Shown: one piece after another, positions 22,846-34,800 of the stretch
Layout of the letters: each line of letters opens with the position of its first letter
How positions within the stretch are numbered: position 1 is the first letter of the stretch
Source of the DNA: Mustelus asterias
Lineage: Eukaryota
Assembly (NCBI RefSeq): GCF_964213995.1
Contig: NC_135815.1
Location: forward strand, 2,294,001 to 2,358,000
Reading direction: 5' to 3'
DNA length: 64,000 nt
Notes under the pieces: generated by a model
What the model was told of the DNA's origin: nothing
Seen by the model: the letters and a program-made list of their open reading frames with translations, nothing else
The model's database searches: none
Made by a program: the position numbers and the translations under genes

Positions 22846-25800
22846 GTGAGTAAAGTTTTATTCCAATAATCCACAGCAATAACCTCTTCCAGATGAGTGA
22901 GTTGGAGATGAGTTTGTGATGATGTGTGGGGCTTGGGGTTGCCATGGGAACAGGGAGAGGCTGAGATTGGGAAGTGTAATAGGAGCTGTTCCCCATTCAG
23001 ACACACATCACTCTCCACTGATCCTGCTATCCCAGCTCATATCCTCATCCCAGATATTTTCACTCATTTCCTCACACAAATGTGTTGTGTTTGCTGTGAA
23101 TCAGTGATGAGCCAAACCAGTCTCACAACCTGTTAGACAAAAACATCAGGAGAACATCATGATAGTGGAGTCAGACACTTTAGGAACATTTAAGCGATTA
23201 TTGGACAGGCACATGGAGCACACCAGGATGATAGGGAGTGGGATAGCTGGATCTTGGTTTCAGATAAAGCTTGGCACAACATCGTGGGCCGAAGGGCCTA
23301 TTCTGTTCTACTCCTGCTCCGAGAACAGAGACTCTCTCACGTTAACACAGAAACTCTACTGCCTGGACTGTCCCTTTAAATACTCACGGGAATTTATAGA
23401 ACATAGAACATAGAACAGTACAGCACAGAACAGGCCCTTCAGCCCACGATGTTGTGCCGAGCTTTATCTGAAACCAAGATCAAGCTATCCCACTCCCTAT
23501 CATCCTGGTGTGCTCCATGTGCCGATCCAATAACCGCTTAAATGTTCCTAAAGTGTCTGACTCCACTATCACTGCAGGCAGTCCATTCCACACCCCAACC
23601 ACTCTCTGCGTAAAGAACCTACCTCTGATATCCTTCCTGTGTTTTGTGAGAGGGAGGTCATGCCTCACTAACCTGGTGGTGTTTTTTGAAGAAGTGACCA
23701 AAATGGTTGACGAAGGAAGGGCCGTGGATGTTGTCTATATGGACTTTAGTAAAGCGTTTGACAAAGTCCCTCATGGTCGGCTAGTGAAAAATGTTGGATC
23801 CCATGGGATAAAGGGGGAGGTGGCTAGATGGGTGGAGAACTGGCTTGGTCATAGAAGACAGAGGGTGGTAGTGGAAGGGTCTTTTTCCGGCTGGAGGCCT
23901 GTGACTAGTGGTGTACCGCAGGGCTCTGTATTGGGACCTCTGCTGTTTGTGATTTATATAAATGATCTGGAAGAAGGAGTAACTGGGGTGATCAGTAAGT
24001 TTGCGGACGACACAAAACTGGCAGGACTTGCAGATAGTGAGGAACATTGTCAGAGGCTACAGAAGGATATAGAGAGGCTGGAAATTTGGGCAAGGAAATG
24101 GCAGATGGAGTTCAATCCTGATGAATGCGAAGTGATGCATTTTGGTGGGAATAATGTAAGGAGGAGCTACACGATAAATGGAAGAACCATAAAGGGTGTA
24201 GAGACGCAGAGGGACCTGGGTGTGCAAGTCCACAGATCTTTGAAGGTGACGTCACAGGTGGAGAAGGTGGTGAAGAAGGCATATGGCATGCTTGCCTTCA
24301 TAGGACGGGGCATAGAGTATAAAAGTTGGGGTCTGATGTTGCAGATGTATAGAACGTTGGTTCGGCCGCATTTGGAATACTGCGTCCAGTACTGGTCGCC
24401 ACACTACCAGAAGGACGTGGAGGCTTTGGAGAGAGTACAGAGGAGGTTTACCAGGATGTTGCCTGGTATGGAGGGGCTTGGTTATGAGGAGAGATTGGGG
24501 AAACTGGGGTTGTTCTCCTTGGAAAGACGGAGGATGAGGGGAGACTTAATAGAGGTGTATAAAATTATGAAAGGCATAGATAGGGTGAACGGTGGGAAGC
24601 TTTTCCCCGGGTCGGTGGTGACGTTCACGAGGGGTCATAGGTTCAAGGTGAAGGGGGGGAGGTTTAACACAGATATCAGAAGGACATATTTCACACAGAG
24701 GGTCGTGGGGGCCTGGAATGTGTTGCCGGGCAAGGTGGTGGAGGCGGACACACTGGGAACGTTTAAGACTTATCGAGACAGCTATATGAACGGAGTGGGA
24801 ATGGAGGGTTACAAAAGAGTGGTCTAGTTTGGACCAGGGAGCGGCGCGGGCTAATTGTTCCTTGTTTCTCGTGGAAGTGGAAATGACTAGGGTTGGGAAG
24901 CATTTTCCGATCAGGGCCATTGTGATCTCCTGGACTCGTTTCAATCGCCTCAGGGGGTCGGAGAGGAATTTCCCAGATTTTTTTTTCCCCATATTGGCCC
25001 TGGGGTTTTTCACTCTGGGTTTTCGCCTCTCCCTGGGGATCACATGGTCTGGAATGGGGGGGTGGGGGTGAGTTAATAGGTTGTAATGAACAAAGCATCG
25101 TAGCTGTGGGGGACAGCTTGGTGGATAGGATATTGGTATGTAGATAGGCTGGAAAATTGGGCGGGGATCCTGGATTCAGGATTCAATCCTGGACCGGGGA
25201 GCGGCGCGGGCTTGGAGGGCCGAAGGGCCTGTTCCTGTGCTGTATTGTTCTTTGTTCTTTGTTCTTTGTTGTATCTCCCACCATGAACCCTATAGTTATG
25301 CCCCCTTGTAATAGCTCCATCCACCCGAGGAAATAGTCTTTGACCGTTCACTCTATCTATCCCCTTCATCATTTTATAAACCTCTATTAAGTCTCCCCTC
25401 AGCCTCCTCCGCTCCAGAGAGAACAGACCTAGCTCCCTCAACCTTTCCTCATAAGACCTACCCTCCAAACCAGGCAGCATCCTGGTAAATCTCCTCTGCA
25501 CTCTTTCCAGCGCTTCCACATCCTTCTTATAGTGAGGTGACCAAAACTGCACACAATATTCCAAATGTGGTCTCACCAAGGTCCTGTACTTTCAGCTCAG
25601 AATTTAAAGAACAAAGAAAATTACAGCACAGGAACAGGCCCTTCGGCCCTCCAAGCCTGCACCGACCATGCTGCCCGACTGAACTAAAACCCCCTACCCT
25701 TCCAGGGACCATATCCCTCTATTCTCATCCTATTCATGTATTTGTCCAGTCGCCAGTTAAAACTCACTACCGTATCCGCTTCCACCGTAACCCCTGGCAG

Positions 25801-28800
25801 CGAGTTCCTGGCACCCACCACCCTCTGTGTAAAAAACCTTGCCTTGTACATTTCCTTTAAACCTTGCCCCTCACACCTTAAACCTATGCCTCCGAGTAAT
25901 TGACTCTTCCACCCTGGGAAAAAGCTTCTGAATATCCACTCTGTCCATGCCCCTCATAATCGTGTAGACTTGTATCAGGTCGCCCCTCAACCTCCATCGT
26001 TCCAGTGAGAACAAACCAAGTTTCTCCAACCTCTCTTCATAGCTAATGCCCTCCATACCAGGCAACATCCTGGTAAATCTTTTCTGTAGCCTCTCCAAAG
26101 CCTCCACATTCTTCTGGTAATGTGGCGACCAGAATTGAACACAGTATGGCCAAACGAAGGTTCTATAAAGCTGCAACATGCCTTGCCAATTTTTAAACTC
26201 AATGCCCCAGCTGATGAAGACAAGCATGCCGTATGCCTTCTTGACTACCTTCTCCACCTGCGTTGCCACTCTCAGTGACCTGTGTACCTATATACCCAGA
26301 TCCCTTTGCCTCTCAATACTCGAAAGGGTTCTGCCATTTACTGTATATTTCCTATCTGTATTAGACCTTCCAAAATGCATTACCTCACATTTGTCCGGAT
26401 TAAACTCCATCTGCCATCTCTCCGCCCAAGCTCCAACCTATCTATATCCTGCTGTATCCTCTGATGGTCCTCATCGCTATCTGCAAATCCACCAACCTTT
26501 GTGGCGTCCGCAAACTTACCAATCAAACCAGTTACATTTTCCTCCAAATCATTTATATATATTACAAACAGCAAAGGTCCCAGCACTGATCCCTGAGGAA
26601 CACCACTTGTCACAGCCCTCCATTCAGAAACGCACCCTTCCACTTCTACCCTCTGTCTTCTGGCCATAGGAGACAGAGGGTAGTGGTAGAAGGGTCTTTT
26701 TCCGGCTGGAGGTCTGTGACCAGTGGTGTTCCGCAGGGCTCTGTACTGGGACCTCTGCTATTTGTGATATATATAAATGATTTGGAAGAAGGTGTAACTG
26801 GTGTAATCAGCAAGTTTGCGGATGACACGAAGATAGCTGGACTTGCGGATAGCGAAGAGCATTGTCGGGCAATACAGCAGGATATAGATAGGCTGGAAAA
26901 TTGGGCGGAGAGGTGGCAGATGGAGTTTAATCTGGATAAATGCGAAGTGATGCATTTTGGAAGAAATAATGTAGGGAGGAGTTATACAATAAATGGCAGA
27001 GTCATCAGGAGTATAGAAACACAGAGGGACCTAGGTGTGCAAGTCCACAAATCCTTGAAGGTGGCAACACAGGTGGAGAAGGTGGTGAAGAAGGCATATG
27101 GTATGCTTGCATTTATAGGACGGGGTATAGAGTATAAAAGCTGGAGTCTGACGATGCAGCTGTATAGAACGCTGGTTAGGCCACATTTGGAGTACTGTGT
27201 CCAGTTCTGGTCGCCGCACTACCAGAAGGACGTGGAGGCGTTAGAGAGAGTGCAGAGAAGGTTTACCAGGATGTTGCCTGGTATGGAGGGTCTTAGCAAT
27301 GAGGAGAGATTGGGTAAACTGGGGTTGTTCTCCCTGGAAAGACGGAGAATGAGGGGAGATCTAATAGAGGTGTACAAGATTATGAAGGGGATAGATAGGG
27401 TGAACGGTGGGAAGCTTTTTCCCAGATCAGAAGTGACGTTCACGAGGGGTCATGGGCTCAAGGTGAGAGGGGCGAAGTATAACTCAGATATTAGAGGGAT
27501 GTTTTTTACACAGAGGGTGGTGGGGGCCTGGAATGCGCTGCCAAGTAGGGTGGTGGAGGCAGGCACGCTGACATCGTTTAAGACTTACCTGGATAGTCAC
27601 ATGAGCAGCCTGGGAATGGAGGGATACAAACGATTGGTCTAGTTGGACCAAGGAGCGGCACAGGCTTGGAGGGCCGAAGGGCCTGTTTCCTGTGCTGTAC
27701 TGTTCTTTGTCCTTTGTTCTTTGACAGAGCCAGTTTTGTATCCACCTTGCCAGCTCACCTCTGATCCCATGCGACTTCACCTTCTGCACCAGTCTGCCAT
27801 GAGGGACCTTGTCAAAGGCCTTACTGAAGTCCATGTGGACAACATCCACTGCCCTACCCTCATCAATTAGCTTCATCACTTCCTCAAAGAATTTGATCAA
27901 ATTAGTGAGACACGACCTCACCTTCACAAAACATGTTGCCTCTCGCGAATACGTTCACTTATTTCCAAGTGGGACTAAATCCTGTCTCGAAGAATCCTCT
28001 CCAATAATTTCCCTACCACTGATGTAAGGCTCACCGGCCTGTAATCACCTGGATTATTCTTGTTACCCTTCTTAAACAAAGGAACAACATTGGTTATTCT
28101 CCAATCCTCTGGGACCTCCCCGTACAGTAAGAAGTCTCACAACACCAGGTTAAAGTCCAACAGGTTTATTTGGTAACACAAGCTTTCGGAGTCTCGCTCC
28201 TTCTTCAGGTGAGACTCACCTGAAGGAGGAGCGATAGTCCGAAAGCTTGTGCTACCAAATAAACCTTTTGGACTTTAACCTGGTGTTGTGAGACTTCTTA
28301 CTGTGCTTATCCCAGTCCAACACCGGCATCTCCACATCATGACCTCCCCTGTAGCCAGTGAGGGTACAAAGATTTCTCTCAATTTCCTCCCTTGCCTCTC
28401 TCAGTACTTTGGGGTATATCCTATCAGGCACTGGGGACTTGTCTACCTTAATGTTTCTCAAGAATCCCAATATCTCCTCCTTTTTGATCTCAACATGACT
28501 CAAACTATCTACACACCCTTTCCCAGATTCCTCGTCCACCCAGTCCTTCTCTTTGGTGAATACTGACTCAAAGTACTCATTTAATACCTCACCCATTTCC
28601 TCTGGCTCCATGCATAGATTCCCTCCCTTGTCCTTGAGTAGGCCAACCCTCTCCCTGGCTACCCTCTTGCTCTTTATATATGTATGAAAAGCCTTGGGAT
28701 TTTCCTTAATCCTGCTGGCCAATGATTTTTCGTGACCCCTTTTAGCCCTCCTTACTCCTTGCTTAAGTTTCTTTCTACTTTCCTTGTATTCCACACTTGC

Positions 28801-31800
28801 TTCGTGTGTTCCCAGCCTCCTGGCCTTGACAAATGCTTCCTTTTTCTCTTTGACTCGGTTCACAATATCTCTCGTTATACAAGGTTCCCAAAACTTGCCA
28901 TACTTATCCTTCATCCTTACAGGAATGTGTCGGTCCTGAGTCCCTATCAACTTCTACTTGAAATTCTCCCACATGCCAGATGTTGATTTGCCCTCAAACA
29001 TCTGCCCCCAATCTACATTCTTCAGTTCCTGCCTAATATTGTTGGAATTAGCCTTCCCCCAGTTTAGCACCTTCACTTGAGGACTATACTTTTTTTCATC
29101 CAACGTTAAAGCTTACTGAATTGTGGCCACTGTTTCTGAACTGCTCCCCTACTGAAACATCGACCACCTGGCTGGGCTCATTCCCCAACACCAGGTCCAG
29201 TATGGCCCCTTCCCTAGTTGGACTATCTACATATTGTTTCAAGAAGCCCTCTTGGATGCTCTGCCTCATCCACGCCCCTAGCACTAAGTGAGTCCCAGTC
29301 AATATAGGGGAAGTTAAAATCTCCCACCACAATTACCCTGTTTCTTTTACACCTTGCCAAATCTGCCTACATATCTGTTCCTCAATCTCCCGCTGGCTTT
29401 TGGTGGTCTATAGTAAATCCCCAACATTGTGACTACACCTTTCCTATTCCTGAGCTCTACCCACATTACCTCGCTGTATGAGCCCTCCGAGGTGTCCCCC
29501 AAGAGTACAGCTGTGATATTCTCCTTAACCAGTAGTGCAACTCCCCCACCCCTTTTACATCCACCTCTATGCTGCCTGAAACATCTGTACCTTGAATGTT
29601 AAGCTGCCAATCCTGTCCTCCCCTTAACCAAGTCTCTGTAATGGTAACAACATCATAGTTCCAAGTACTAATCCAAGCTCTAAATTCACCTGCCTTACCT
29701 GTTACACTTCTCACATTGAAACAAATGCACTTCAGTCCACCAGACCCTCTGATTAGCAATCCCACCCTGCCTGCTGTTTCTCTGAGTCTTACTGGTTCTA
29801 CTCTCTGGTTCTCCTTCAGTTAATTCACCTTTGTTTTAGATCCCACCCCCCTGCCAAACTAGTTTAAATCCTCCTGTGTGACACTAGCAAACCTCCCGGC
29901 TAGAATATTTATGCCTTTCCAGTTTAGATGCAACCTGTCCTTCTTGTACAGGTCCCACCTTCCCCTGAAGAGATCCCAATGGTCCAGATATCTGAAACCC
30001 TCCCTCCTACACCAGCTGTTTAGCCACGTGTTGAGCTGCACTATCTTCCTATTTCTAGCCTCACTGGCACGTGGAACAGGGAGTAATCCTGAGATTACAA
30101 CCATTGATTTCTTTAATTCACTGATTTCTTTATCCTATTGATTTCTTTAAAACTGATCCAGTCCCATCTTGTCCCCCGGACCCCCCCGCCACCCCCCCAC
30201 CAGCCCATTCGGGATGACTGCCACATTCCTACACTCTGTACCTGTGTTCTGCCATTTACACATTCCAGTCTCTGAATGGACACCATTATCACCATTCTCA
30301 GCCTTTATCATCACCATTTACATTCCTTTTCCCTATCTGTCTATGCTATTCTTATTTACAGCCCCCGCCGCCCCCAACAGTCTAAATCCTGTCTGATTTT
30401 ATTTGTCTTCAGCTCTGACGAAGGGTCATCCAGACTCGAAACATTGGCTCTATTCTCTCTCCACCAGATGCTGTCAGACCTGCTAATATTTTCTATCGTT
30501 TTGTGTTTTTGTTCCAGTCCTTACCCAGTCTCCGAGTGTGGAACGTGTCACAGAGGGTCAGACTGCACGGTTACAGTGCACCATGGGGAACGCTGCAGTG
30601 ACAGACACTGATGTTCACTGGCACCGGGAGCGACCTGGGAAAGATCGGGAGAGAGTTTTAACACATTATACAAGGAATAACATACACCGGAGTCCAGGTT
30701 TCACTGAGCGTTTCCAGCCTTCCACAGACACCTCCAATAACAGCTTCATTCTGACAATCACCGTGGTGCAGCCCAGTGACACTGCCGTCTATTACTGCTC
30801 AGTGTGGAGAGGAACCTGGGTCTGGGGGAAAGGAAGCCGGCTGAATGTAACCAGTGAGTAAAGTTTCATTCCAATAATTCACAGCAATAACCTCTTCCAG
30901 ATGAGTGAGTTGGAGGTGAGTTTGTGATGATGAGGAGCTGGGAGTGATGTCAAGTGATCTTACTGATGGATTCACTGTGGGGAAGAAGCTGAGCTCAGGT
31001 TCAGCAACTCCCCAAAGTTCCACATCTCGGGCTTCATCCTGACGGGGTGTCTGGGGGGATTAGTGCCGTGAGGCTGTTCACTAAGCTGCAGAAGAAGCTT
31101 TCTCTTCGCCGAACCCTCATGTCGGGCAGGGATCCGGAGGGAGAGGAAAGAGCCTTGGGATGGATGGAGGAGGTGGAGAGACACAGCTGAGTGACGGTGG
31201 AGATGGAGATGTTGAGCAGGTTTCTGAGGGTGAAATGATGAGGAGGAGGAAGCCACGGATGGTGCCTTGGGGACACAGCAGAGATGATCATTCAGACACT
31301 GGGGGAGACACCAGTGGTGCTGATATAATATTAATGATGTGAGCAGCAGGAGGGGCAGTGTGGGAGAGCGGTGCCAGGAGCTGGAATGTGCATCAGAAAC
31401 TTTCAAACAGGAATGTGTGCTCAGTGGTGTAGAAAGGAGAGCAGAGGTGAAAGATTCTGAGGAGGGATAGACAGTGGACATCACAATCACACAGATATCA
31501 CTCATCATCTTTATCTGTGAAGTTGTGGTTGGAGTGAATTCTGATTGCAGGGTCAGGAACAGGGAGTGGGCAGGAGGGGGGTCTCGGGATGTGGTGGTGC
31601 AGTGATATTGTCACTGGACTAGTAATCCAGAAACCCAGGGTAATGCTCTGGGGACTTGTGTTCGAATCCCACCACGGCAGATGGTGAAGATTGAATTCAG
31701 TAAAAATATGGAAGAAAACTTTTAATAGTGACCATGAAACCATCATTAATAGTTGCAAAAACCCATCTGATTCATTAATATCCCTCAGGGAAGGAAGTCT

Positions 31801-34800
31801 GCCGTCCTTACCTGGCCTGGTTCTACATGAGACTTCAGACCCCCAGATTACAGGAGGAAAGGGTCAGGAGGATGGATGGTCTTTATTGTGGAGACAAAGA
31901 AATCCATCTGTTCCTTAGAATTATGATGATACTGTGCCTTTAAGAAATGTATTTGTGTCATGTTTCTTGTGAGGGGACTATGTTACACTTCAGCTCTGAT
32001 TACGGTGCCGATTGTCTGCAACTGCCGAGAATGCAGATGAAAAGTTCCTCCGAATTATTGGGGTGTTTGTTTTACCTGAGTGAATGCATTTTTGCTATTT
32101 TTAGGGTTGCCCACTGGGATTTTCAGTTATATAGTTAAACTGTGTTATTAAATAAGGTTTGTTTTGATAAAGGCTTCCCAGTGGGTCAATAGAATCACAC
32201 CTGGAGTGAAACACCTTTAAGAGGTGTAGTTTGATCAAGTTTCTCTGCAGGATGTTTCTCGCATGCCCTGGAATTTTGTTGGCACCGTGTTGTCTGTGAC
32301 TGGTGTCCGTTATTGTTGCTGAAGCAGTATAATTGAAGCAATGTTTATTTTCATCTGGACTAAAGCAGTGTCCTCTGGTTTTAATGTGTGCCCTGGGATT
32401 GCTGAGTGGAGCTTGATTGGATAGGATTGACAGCTTCAGTCATGTGACTACAGACAGCTATTTTCCACAGAGCAATCGAGTTTTAGTTTTGATTTGAGCT
32501 GCTGCCAGAAGCTGATGGGAGCAGGCAGTGTTTCTGTCTCTCTCTCTCTCCTGAGACTTTCTCAACGTTCCAAGACTGGACAGCCTCCGAGATTTAATCC
32601 AACATTCAAAAGACCAATTCACATCGCTGTTCAAAATCTGCAAATGCAGCATCACATGAGCATACTTGCTTCAGTGCTAACTTCATCTGAAGCATGGTGT
32701 GTGTCTATGGGGTTGCTTTACATTGCATCAACAGAGGGAGCTAACTGTTAAGGATTAAACTGTTTCATCTTTAATTCTTGTTAGTGGTAAAAGTTATGCT
32801 AATTTTTATTATTATATGTTAACTGTTTTTAAATAACCTTTCTTTGATAAAAGCTTCCAAGTGGGTCACTTGAATCATACCTGGAGTAAAACACCTTAGA
32901 CTCACCCTAAAGCCAAAATCAAATGTGAAACTTAGGGTCTGGGCTAACTTCACAGAACACCTTGGAGTCTCTGGCCTGGGTTTTACCACACTTTATCCTC
33001 ACACTAATGCCAAAATTAAAAACAGTTCGGGTCCAACTAACTTCATTTGTACCTTGGAGTTTTTGCGATGATCCCTAACAGAATTGGTGTGTGAAATGAG
33101 CGTGGGGGGTGTGGGGAGGTGTGGGGAGGTGGGGGGAGGTGGCAGGGAGGGGGGTGGGTAGGGGGGTGCAGATGGTTAGTGGTGGAGAGGAGCAGTTTGA
33201 ATATGTTCCTCGTCTCCAGGTTTAACTGAGAGCCGGAAGAGGATTTGTTTGTGAAAAGGGAACATTGCAGCATTCTGTGTTTGAGGCACATTTAACCAGA
33301 AACATCTGGGCAGGTTACTCACCAGCTGTTCCAGCTTCTGCCCTGTGAGACCATGGGGGTGACAGTGAGCGTGGGGATGGAGAATTATTTGTGATAATTG
33401 GGGGAGAATGCTGAAGATAACTGAAACTTTAACCAGGGGATTGGCAGATATTAATATCATTCTTCACATAATGGAGTCTCAAATTGGGGAAGTCTTGCTG
33501 CAGTTTCACAGTGAATTAGTGGGACTGTAACTGGAGAATGGGTACAGCTTTAGCCCTCCTCCCTAAGGGGGGATATACTTGTAACAGAGGAAGTTCTGAG
33601 AAGGTACATTACACTGATTCCTGGGATGATGAGTTGTTTGATGAGGAAAGGTTGAGAAGATTGGTCTGAGACTCAGTGGAGTTTTGAAGAATGAGGTTAT
33701 CTTATTGGGATGTGTGTGATTCCTGAGGGGACTTGATGGAGTAGATACTGAGAGGGTGTTTCTCCTCTTGGAGGAATCTCAAACTAGGCAACGCTGTTTA
33801 AATTTAAGGAATTAAGATTGAAATGAGGAGTAATTTCTTCCCTCAGAGTCGTGAACCTTTGGAGTGCTGATTCCAGACAGCAGTGGGATTTGGGTCATTG
33901 AATATATTCAGGGCGGGGCTGCAGGAAGGGATTTCTTCTCCAGGAATCGAGAGTTTGGGGAAGCTGGCAAGAAAGCTGGGCTTAGTTAACAATCAGACCT
34001 CCCATCATTGTCTTGAATCATGGACAGGCTCGAGGGGCCAAATGGCCTCATACTGTTCCCATTTCTTATGTTCTTTTATGACCATGGGTGCAAGGCCAGT
34101 GTCAGGGAGGTTGGATGGTGAGGTGACAGAGTTCAAGTTGCCAGACCTTTGAAGGATATATATGAGTTAATGAGATGAATAATAGAATGAGGATGTAATG
34201 AGAAAGATCCCTGTTTGTGATCAATGTGAAGCAGCAGATATTGGAAAGGTCACACAGTTGCTTCCGTTATAGTCGGTGTGTGTGTAACATTAATCTACCC
34301 TGTCAGTGAGGAAACTGATAGGATTGGGTACAATGTTGTTCACACACCCACTCACCATCCTCGGTTTTACTTTCTGTTCTATAAGAAGCAATACTGGCTG
34401 GGTGTGAAATCTGAATTCCACCTATTCCTGTTTGTTTTCCACCCAAACATTCACATTCCAACTGTCCCCATTCACCCTTTATTCTCCCCACAGATGCTTC
34501 CAAAAACCTCTGCGTATTTCAAGAATTTCCAGAGTCATTTTGTTCAGATTTCCAGAATCGACATTATTTTATATTTTATATCCACAGGCCAAGCTGGGAT
34601 TGGGGAAATGTTTCTGCCACCGTTCAGTGGTTTTGGGAATGGGAATATGGCAGTTACGATGTCCTGGGAGGAAAGGAATATGATTTTTCCCAATATTACT
34701 ATGGGATACGGTGAAGCAGGTTTCGGGGGCTGTGTGTGTGTTTGTGTGTGTGCAACTAATTTAATTGAACTGAAGACAGTTAGACTGAACAGTTTAACTC

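Noticed and set aside
22846-22853. Stop codons right after V exons (ORF track) as single-domain secreted proteins
   Set aside because: The ORFs simply run through consensus GT donors and have no signal peptide. Intron-retained soluble forms are possible but unsupported.
30972-31508. 178-aa - strand ORF downstream of V2
   Set aside because: Low-complexity Ser/Leu/His sequence from a purine-rich + strand; no domain or splice support.
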